Position numbers and translations under genes: made by a program
From: Escherichia coli
GTDB taxonomy: Bacteria > Pseudomonadota > Gammaproteobacteria > Enterobacterales > Enterobacteriaceae
Strand: one strand, 5' to 3'
Length of the DNA: 64,000 bases
Assembly: GCF_003790525.1 (NCBI RefSeq)
Contig: NZ_CP033635.1
Notes under the pieces: generated by a model
Told to the model about the DNA's origin: nothing
Database searches by the model: none
What the model saw: only the letters and a program-made list of their open reading frames with translations
Part shown: positions 57,227 to 64,000 of the stretch, piece by piece
How positions within the stretch are numbered: the stretch's first letter is position 1
Layout: each line of letters starts with the position of its first letter

Positions 57227-58384
57227 CTACCGCTCTTCATCCAGTTGTAACGCCACATACAGCAGCAACCTGTCATCAAAATTGCCCAAATCAAGCCCGG
57301 TCAGTTCCGATATACGATTAAGCCGATACTCCAGAGTATTACGATGAATAAACAGCGCCTTTGACGTTGCCAGCGGTTGCACATTGTGACGAAACCACGC
57401 CGCCAACGTTCGCCGCAGTAAACCATTATTGTCCATCGCTTTCAGCCGCGCCAGCGGTCGCGCCAGTTCGTTGGCCTGCCAGTCGCCACGCAAACTGTCG
57501 AGTAACACAGGCAACATCAGATCCTGATAAAAATAGCAGCGACTTTCTGGCATCCGCTGTTTACCCACCACCATCGTCGTTTTCGCCGTACGATAGGATC
57601 GGGCAATACCGCCAGGACCGGTAAAATAGTTGCCCAGCGAAACGCGAAAACGCAGCTGGCCGTACTCTTTCATGCGGGTAATCAGTTGTTCAACTCGCTT
57701 ACGATGATCTTCTGCATCCCAGCGCCCAAAAGAGTTCAACGCCGGTTTCAACACCACCATTTCGGTCAGCGAAACAATTGCCACCAGATTATTACGCTCG
57801 GGCGTAGTCAGCGCGTTTTGCAGTTGCTGTAACTCCGCCATTGCGCTGTCCACGCCAAGCTGACCGCTGTCGACCTCAACAATAGCTACCACTCGCGGTT
57901 GATTGAGATCGATCCCCAGCCGTTGCGCCCATTCCGTAAGTGCGGGAGTATTCTCCTCAGCCTGAATCAGGTTCATCACCAGTTCTTCCCGCAAACGGCT
58001 ATCCTGCGCCAACAGGTGCATCAACCGCGACTGTTCCAGCATCATTTCAGCCGTCATGCAGACCAGTTCGCCATATTTACGCAGATTCTCTGGTTCACCT
58101 GTCAGGCCAATTACGCCGACAATTTCACCTTCCAGCCGTAACGGTAGATTAATCCCCTGCCGCACACCGTGCAGATGACGTGCCACCGCGTCATCGATAT
58201 CGACGACTCGTCCCTGTGAAAGTACCAGCAATGCTCCTTCGTGCAATTCACCAATACGCTCACGATCGCCGCTGCCGATAATTCGCCCGCGGGCATCCAT
58301 TACGTTGATATTGGTATCGATGATGCGCATGGTACGTGCCACGATATCCTGCGCCATTTTGGTATCAAGATGCCAGCCAGCCAT
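57227..58384 (-). CDS. cdaR: Carbohydrate diacid regulator CdaR (SdaR), 385 aa
   Basis: ORF 57227..58402; trimmed to MAGWHLDTKMAQDIVARTMRIIDTNINVMDARG...; C-terminal PucR-type HTH. Confidence 0.88.
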   Translation of the reverse strand: MAGWHLDTKMAQDIVARTMRIIDTNINVMDARGRIIGSGDRERIGELHEGALLVLSQGRVVDIDDAVARHLHGVRQGINLPLRLEGEIVGVIGLTGEPENLRKYGELVCMTAEMMLEQSRLMHLLAQDSRLREELVMNLIQAEENTPALTEWAQRLGIDLNQPRVVAIVEVDSGQLGVDSAMAELQQLQNALTTPERNNLVAIVSLTEMVVLKPALNSFGRWDAEDHRKRVEQLITRMKEYGQLRFRVSLGNYFTGPGGIARSYRTAKTTMVVGKQRMPESRCYFYQDLMLPVLLDSLRGDWQANELARPLARLKAMDNNGLLRRTLAAWFRHNVQPLATSKALFIHRNTLEYRLNRISELTGLDLGNFDDRLLLYVALQLDEER

Positions 58385-58502
58385 AAGTCCTCCATTATGC
58401 ACGGCTTAGCATAAGGAAGTACGTAACGTACGGCATTGTGCAAATGCCCAAAGGATGATGAAGATGTATGGAGTTGTGGTGAAGTTCACAGATTGTAAGG
58501 AG

Positions 58503-58530
58503 AACCCCTTCCCGTTTTCAGGAAGGGGTT
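58503..58530 (-). terminator. Candidate degP terminator hairpin
   Basis: AACCCCTTCC-cgttttca-GGAAGGGGTT perfect 10-bp stem just downstream of degP stop; no strong U-tract. Confidence 0.5.
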
Positions 58531-58538
58531 GAGGGAGA

Positions 58539-59963
58539 TTACTGCATTAACAGGTAGATGGTGCTGTCGCCGCGCTGAATGTTCAGTGCCAGCACAGACG
58601 GTTTGCTGTCGAGAACTTTACGCAGTTCAGCGATGTTTTTCACTGCCTGCTGGTTCGCGCCAATAATCACATCACCTTTCTTCAGGCCGATCTGCGCAGC
58701 CGGAGTGCCCGTTTTCACGTTGTTCACCACCACGCCCTGATCTTTGCCTTTGTTACTCATCTCAGCGCCTTCAATGCCGTTGAAGATGGTGCTGGAATCA
58801 ACCTGATTCTGGCTGCTCTGCTGAAGTTCCAGGTTCACGTTAACCTGCTTCCCGTCGCGCAGTAAGCCCAGGGTCAGTTTGCTACCTACCGGCATAGTGC
58901 CCACCTGAGCACGCAGTGCGGCAAAGCTGCTGATTGGCTTACCGTTCAGTGAGGTGATCACATCACCCGCTTTAATGCCCGCTTTCGCGGCGGAAGAATT
59001 CGGCAGAACCTGGCTTACGAAAGCACCGCGCTGGGCGTCAACTTTCATCGCTTTCGCCAGATCGGAGTTCAGCTCAGTGCCCATAATACCCAACTCACCG
59101 CGTTTCACCTGGCCGTATTCCACCATCTGCGAGGTCAGGTTTTTCACCATGTTGCTCGGGATAGCAAAACCGATACCGATGTTGCCGCCGTCCGGTGCGA
59201 GGATCGCGGTGTTGATACCGATCAGTTCACCGTTCAGGTTAACCAGCGCACCACCGGAGTTACCACGGTTAATCGCTGCATCGGTCTGGATGAAGTTTTC
59301 GTAGTTTTCGGCATTCAGGCCGCTACGCCCCAGCGCAGAGACAATCCCGGAAGTTACCGTCTCGCCCAGACCAAACGGGTTACCAATCGCTACGGTGTAA
59401 TCACCCACGCGCAGTGCATCAGAATCCGCCATCTTAATTGCGGTCAGGTTTTTCGGGTTCTGGATCTGGATCAGCGCGATATCAGAGCGCGGATCTTTGC
59501 CAACCATCTTCGCGTCGAACTTACGGCCATCGCTCAGTTGGACTTTAATCACCGTCGCGTTATCAACAACGTGGTTGTTGGTGACGACATAGCCTTTATC
59601 GGCATCAATGATGACGCCGGAACCCAGCGCCATGAATTTCTGTTGCTGGCCGCCACCATTACCGCCCTGGCCACCCTGGCAGAACGGAGAACTCTGGAAC
59701 GGAGAACCTTCCTGGCAGAACGGAGAATCATCACCGAAGAACTGCTGGAAATTACGCGGCATACGCGGCGTATTAACGGTTGTGCTACCTTCTACGTTAA
59801 TGCTGACCACTGAAGGCATCACCTTTTCGAGCATCGGTGCAAGGCTTGGCATCTGCTGGGCTGTCGTTGCTGAAGAAGTCTCAGCCGCCGTTGCAGAGAG
59901 CGGAGATAACGCCAAACCTAAACTCAGAGCCAGTGCACTCAGTGCTAATGTGGTTTTTTTCAT
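58539..59963 (-). CDS. degP: Periplasmic serine endoprotease/chaperone DegP (HtrA), 474 aa
   Basis: ORF translation MKKTTLALSALALSLGLALSPLSATAAETSS...; catalytic GNSGGAL, two PDZ domains. Confidence 0.96.
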   Translation of the reverse strand: MKKTTLALSALALSLGLALSPLSATAAETSSATTAQQMPSLAPMLEKVMPSVVSINVEGSTTVNTPRMPRNFQQFFGDDSPFCQEGSPFQSSPFCQGGQGGNGGGQQQKFMALGSGVIIDADKGYVVTNNHVVDNATVIKVQLSDGRKFDAKMVGKDPRSDIALIQIQNPKNLTAIKMADSDALRVGDYTVAIGNPFGLGETVTSGIVSALGRSGLNAENYENFIQTDAAINRGNSGGALVNLNGELIGINTAILAPDGGNIGIGFAIPSNMVKNLTSQMVEYGQVKRGELGIMGTELNSDLAKAMKVDAQRGAFVSQVLPNSSAAKAGIKAGDVITSLNGKPISSFAALRAQVGTMPVGSKLTLGLLRDGKQVNVNLELQQSSQNQVDSSTIFNGIEGAEMSNKGKDQGVVVNNVKTGTPAAQIGLKKGDVIIGANQQAVKNIAELRKVLDSKPSVLALNIQRGDSTIYLLMQ

Positions 59964-60006
59964 GTATTTCAGTCTCGATTAACAGATAACGCAAAATTGC
60001 TGTGTT

Positions 60007-60036
60007 CTTCAGATTCGTTTTATAGCGCGAAGTTCC
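60007..60036 (-). promoter_or_regulatory. Sigma-E (RpoE) promoter of degP: -35 GGAACTT, 16-bp spacer, -10 TCTGA
   Basis: Minus strand reads cGGAACTTcgcgctataaaacgaaTCTGAag about 45-75 nt upstream of the degP start; matches sigma-E consensus. Confidence 0.65.
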
Positions 60037-60092
60037 GAACTAAAGTTTCTGCAAAAGGTAAAAATTTATTGTTCGTCTTTACAAAAGCCTGG

Positions 60093-61610
60093 TTATTGTT
60101 CTACGGCCATCAGACGTCGGTATTCATCCCAGGCATAGAGGTCGGTCATACCGCTGATATAATCCTGCAGCAGGCGGCAACGGTAATAATATTCCCATAG
60201 CGGAAACTCAGGAGAATCTGACGGTAATTTACTGACAGCCTCGACATAGGCCAGCCGATGGCGCGTCGAGAGTTTGTGGAATAAGCGCGATTCAATAGGG
60301 AAACGTTTCACCCGTTCTTTTTCTACCAGTTCAGTAAAGTCTGATAACGACAGGCTTAATAAAGGGCGATAAATCTCTAATAATCCGCTAATGACCCGAT
60401 AGCCCTGCAATTCAAGCTGCTCGACATCTGGATGGCTAAACACATGTTTTACAGCGACATTTTTATAAAGCTTAAGAAGATCGCTGCATTCGCTGGCATC
60501 TTCCAATAATGCATGATTAAACGTTCCGGCGAAAATCGCAGGCAGATTATCAATAAATCGTTGTGCCGCGTAGGGTACCAGTTTATTTAGAGTGTTTACC
60601 CTTAAATACATAAAAAACTGATCTTCCGTACTGCGGCTTAAACTATTTGAGCGTGATTTTTCCCAGGCATTTTCAACCACCAGCGAAAAGAGCGAACCTT
60701 TCTCATGCTGGCCCCACGCTTCGTGCAAATGATGATAAAGCTGCTCAACGGTAAATATTCTTTTCTCTACCGCATCTTCAAGATCTGCCACACAATAGGA
60801 GATGTCGTCGGCAGCTTCCATAATCCACGTTAATGGAAAACGACTGTAAAGCGCCAAATTAAGTTCTTTACGCAACCGGGCAATATAGGCTTCCTCAGAA
60901 AGATAATAACCCGGCTTTTTCATTAAATAGTGATGTGTCTCAGGCGTTTCGCCACGCCACCACGCCGGACGGGTATATTTTAAAATACCGCCAACCTGTG
61001 CCCAGGTGAGATTCATCCGCATCAATGTATGCACCAAACGAATACCCTGTGCGTTACCTTCAAAATGACATAAGTCCTGACGTATTTTGCGCCGCAGCTC
61101 GTTAAGCGGTTCTTCCCCGTCCCGTAAACGTAGTGCTGCCACGCTGCAGCGATCGTCAGTCAGAGGCTGGCTTTCGGCATCTTCCGGGTGCAAACGCTGG
61201 CGAAACCAGTCATTTATCGCCGCTTCGCCAAAATGACCAAACGGCGGATTGCCGATATCGTGCATAAGGCATGACATCTCAACAATGCTTTCAAAGGGGC
61301 CGGTCAGTTCATCCAGGCCGTATGCTTCCAGCAATTTAAGCTCTTTCAGACGGCTTAAAATTTCTTTGGCGATGTAGCGCCCCACCTGCTGGACTTCCAT
61401 CGAGTGGGTAAGACGCGTGCGCACGGCGGCATTGCGCTCCAGTGGAAAAACCTGGGTCTTTTGTTGCAGACGACGAATTGCCGGAGAGTTGATGATACGC
61501 CCGCGATCGCTCTCGAAGATCCGCAGGATCTCATGTTCGGTTTTAACGCCCTGTGGTGAACGGTAACGACGATGCCAGTTTATTTTTTTTCGGAAATCAA
61601 TCTGTGCCAT
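60093..61610 (-). CDS. dgt: Deoxyguanosinetriphosphate triphosphohydrolase, 505 aa
   Basis: ORF translation [42 protein letters not shown]...; HD domain. Confidence 0.94.
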
Positions 61611-61693
61611 GTCCTCTCCCGCGTGAGAAATACGCTTCCCCGTAAGCGCATGGTAAACTATGCCTTCAAATCGGGCTTATCGCGAGTAAATCT

Positions 61694-62392
61694 ATGAAAA
61701 TCGGCATCATTGGTGCAATGGAAGAAGAAGTTACGCTGCTGCGTGACAAAATCGAAAACCGTCAAACTATCAGTCTGGGCGGTTGCGAAATCTATACCGG
61801 CCAACTGAATGGAACCGAGGTTGCGCTTCTGAAATCGGGCATCGGTAAAGTCGCTGCGGCGCTGGGTGCCACTCTGCTGTTGGAACACTGCAAGCCAGAT
61901 GTGATTATTAACACCGGTTCTGCCGGTGGCCTGGCACCAACGCTGAAAGTGGGCGATATCGTTGTCTCGGACGAAGCGCGTTATCACGACGCGGATGTCA
62001 CGGCATTTGGTTATGAATACGGCCAGTTACCAGGCTGCCCGGCAGGCTTTAAAGCTGACGATAAACTGATCGCTGCCGCTGAGGCCTGCATTGCCGAACT
62101 GAATCTTAACGCTGTACGTGGCCTGATTGTTAGCGGCGACGCATTCATCAACGGTTCTGTTGGTCTGGCGAAAATCCGCCACAACTTCCCACAGGCCATT
62201 GCTGTAGAGATGGAAGCGACGGCAATCGCCCATGTCTGCCACAATTTCAACGTCCCGTTTGTCGTAGTACGCGCCATCTCCGACGTGGCCGATCAACAGT
62301 CTCATCTTAGCTTCGATGAGTTCCTGGCTGTTGCCGCTAAACAGTCCAGCCTGATGGTTGAGTCACTGGTGCAGAAACTGGCACATGGCTAA
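61694..62392 (+). CDS. mtnN: 5'-methylthioadenosine/S-adenosylhomocysteine nucleosidase, 232 aa
   Basis: ORF translation [40 protein letters not shown]... Confidence 0.95.
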   Translation: MKIGIIGAMEEEVTLLRDKIENRQTISLGGCEIYTGQLNGTEVALLKSGIGKVAAALGATLLLEHCKPDVIINTGSAGGLAPTLKVGDIVVSDEARYHDADVTAFGYEYGQLPGCPAGFKADDKLIAAAEACIAELNLNAVRGLIVSGDAFINGSVGLAKIRHNFPQAIAVEMEATAIAHVCHNFNVPFVVVRAISDVADQQSHLSFDEFLAVAAKQSSLMVESLVQKLAHG

Positions 62393-63185
62393 GTCACTGT
62401 TCAGGGCGCTGGTCGCCCTGTCTTTTCTCGCGCCGCTGTGGCTCAATGCCGCGCCGCGCGTCATCACGCTTTCTCCCGCCAACACTGAACTTGCCTTTGC
62501 CGCCGGGATCACGCCGGTTGGGGTCAGCAGCTATTCCGACTATCCTCCACAAGCGCAAAAGATTGAGCAGGTTTCCACCTGGCAGGGGATGAATCTGGAA
62601 CGCATTGTCGCGCTGAAACCCGATCTGGTGATTGCCTGGCGTGGAGGTAATGCCGAGCGGCAGGTTGACCAGCTGGCTTCGCTGGGAATAAAAGTGATGT
62701 GGGTCGATGCGACAAGCATTGAACAAATTGCCAATGCGTTACGTCAACTGGCCCCCTGGAGTCCGCAACCGGATAAGGCCGAACAAGCCGCGCAATCCCT
62801 GCTGGATCAGTACGCGCAATTGAAAGCGCAATATGCTGATAAACCTAAAAAACGTGTTTTTCTGCAATTCGGCATTAATCCGCCATTTACCAGTGGAAAA
62901 GAGTCGATTCAAAACCAGGTACTCGAAGTTTGTGGCGGAGAAAACATCTTTAAAGACAGCCGGGTTCCCTGGCCGCAAGTTAGCCGTGAACAGGTGTTAG
63001 CACGCTCGCCACAGGCGATTGTCATTACAGGCGGACCGGACCAAATTCCTAAAATCAAACAATACTGGGGTGAACAGCTCAAAATTCCCGTTATTCCTCT
63101 CACGAGTGACTGGTTTGAACGTGCAAGCCCACGTATTATCCTCGCTGCACAACAGCTCTGTAATGCGCTTTCACAGGTAGATTAG
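62385..63185 (+). CDS. btuF: Vitamin B12-binding periplasmic protein BtuF, 266 aa
   Basis: ORF 62358..63185; start at [31 protein letters not shown]...; 8-nt overlap with mtnN. Confidence 0.9.
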   Translation: MAKSLFRALVALSFLAPLWLNAAPRVITLSPANTELAFAAGITPVGVSSYSDYPPQAQKIEQVSTWQGMNLERIVALKPDLVIAWRGGNAERQVDQLASLGIKVMWVDATSIEQIANALRQLAPWSPQPDKAEQAAQSLLDQYAQLKAQYADKPKKRVFLQFGINPPFTSGKESIQNQVLEVCGGENIFKDSRVPWPQVSREQVLARSPQAIVITGGPDQIPKIKQYWGEQLKIPVIPLTSDWFERASPRIILAAQQLCNALSQVD

Positions 63186-63222
63186 CGCCTGACCTTTTCA
63201 GGTGCTCAGTGGGGATTGAACA

Positions 63223-63846
63223 ATGCTCGTCTATTGGCTGGATATAGTCGGCACAGCGGTATTTGCCATCTCCGGCGTTTTGTTAGCCGGAAAATTGCGT
63301 ATGGACCCTTTTGGTGTTCTGGTACTGGGCGTGGTAACCGCAGTAGGCGGCGGAACAATTCGCGACATGGCGCTGGATCACGGCCCGGTATTTTGGGTGA
63401 AAGATCCCACCGATCTGGTCGTTGCAATGGTCACCAGCATGCTGACCATCGTGCTGGTGCGCCAGCCAAGACGCTTACCAAAATGGATGTTGCCGGTGCT
63501 GGACGCCGTTGGTCTGGCGGTGTTTGTCGGCATTGGCGTGAATAAAGCCTTTAATGCGGAAGCCGGTCCGTTAATCGCGGTTTGTATGGGCGTCATTACT
63601 GGCGTTGGCGGCGGGATCATTCGTGATGTACTGGCCCGCGAAATCCCCATGATTTTACGTACAGAAATCTACGCAACTGCCTGTATTATCGGCGGTATTG
63701 TCCACGCTACGGCTTATTACACATTTTCCGTACCACTGGAAACAGCCAGTATGATGGGCATGGTCGTGACGCTATTGATTCGGCTGGCGGCTATTCGTTG
63801 GCATCTTAAGCTACCGACGTTTGCGCTGGATGAGAATGGTCGTTGA
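63223..63846 (+). CDS. yadS: UPF0126 inner-membrane protein YadS, 207 aa
   Basis: ORF translation MLVYWLDIVGTAVFAISGVLLAGKLRMDPFGVLV...; duplicated glycine-rich TM motifs (GGGTIRD, GGGIIRD). Confidence 0.88.
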   Translation: MLVYWLDIVGTAVFAISGVLLAGKLRMDPFGVLVLGVVTAVGGGTIRDMALDHGPVFWVKDPTDLVVAMVTSMLTIVLVRQPRRLPKWMLPVLDAVGLAVFVGIGVNKAFNAEAGPLIAVCMGVITGVGGGIIRDVLAREIPMILRTEIYATACIIGGIVHATAYYTFSVPLETASMMGMVVTLLIRLAAIRWHLKLPTFALDENGR

Positions 63847-63857
63847 AGAGAGAAGAT

Positions 63858-63880
63858 GTGCCGGATAGTTTATCCGGCAC
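63858..63880. terminator. Hairpin between convergent yadS and erpA
   Basis: GTGCCGGATA-gtt-TATCCGGCAC perfect 10-bp inverted repeat; no clear U-tract. Confidence 0.45.
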
Positions 63881-63892
63881 ATGAACAGCAGA

Positions 63893-64000
63893 TTAGATAC
63901 TAAAGGAAGAACCGCAACCGCAGGTACTTTTCGCGTTCGGGTTGGTCACGATGAAACGAGAACCTTCCAAACCTTCGGTATAGTCAACGGAACCGCCGAC
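63893..64000 (-). CDS. erpA: Iron-sulfur cluster insertion protein ErpA, C-terminal fragment (truncated by window edge)
   Basis: Reverse-strand translation ends ...[31 protein letters not shown], the A-type carrier C-terminus with CGCG motif. Confidence 0.85.

Overview
This window reads as a core Escherichia coli-type chromosome segment with no sign of a novel or foreign system. It runs from erpA to gmhA in reverse-complement orientation relative to K-12 MG1655 numbering (roughly K-12 177-244 kb, from memory). I identify 57 protein-coding genes by their translations, a complete rrnH-type rRNA operon on the minus strand (rrsH-ileV-alaV-rrlH-rrfH-aspU, with P1/P2 promoters, boxA and a terminator), a second tRNA-Asp (aspV), REP elements and several intrinsic terminators. 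The housekeeping clusters present include bamA-skp-lpxD-fabZ-lpxA-lpxB-rnhB-dnaE-accA, rpsB-tsf-pyrH-frr-dxr-uppS-cdsA-rseP, map-glnD-dapD, metNIQ and proS. I find no IS element, integrase, prophage, CRISPR array or obviously foreign cargo; every long ORF is accounted for by a known conserved gene, and the remaining long ORFs are antisense shadow ORFs. The most notable observations are two apparent absences relative to the K-12 reference as I recall it: no yafT-ykfM-yafU-yafF segment next to aspV, and no yaeI between dapD and yaeH. Both need alignment to confirm. All gene names rest on recognition of the translated sequences from memory, and no database search was run.
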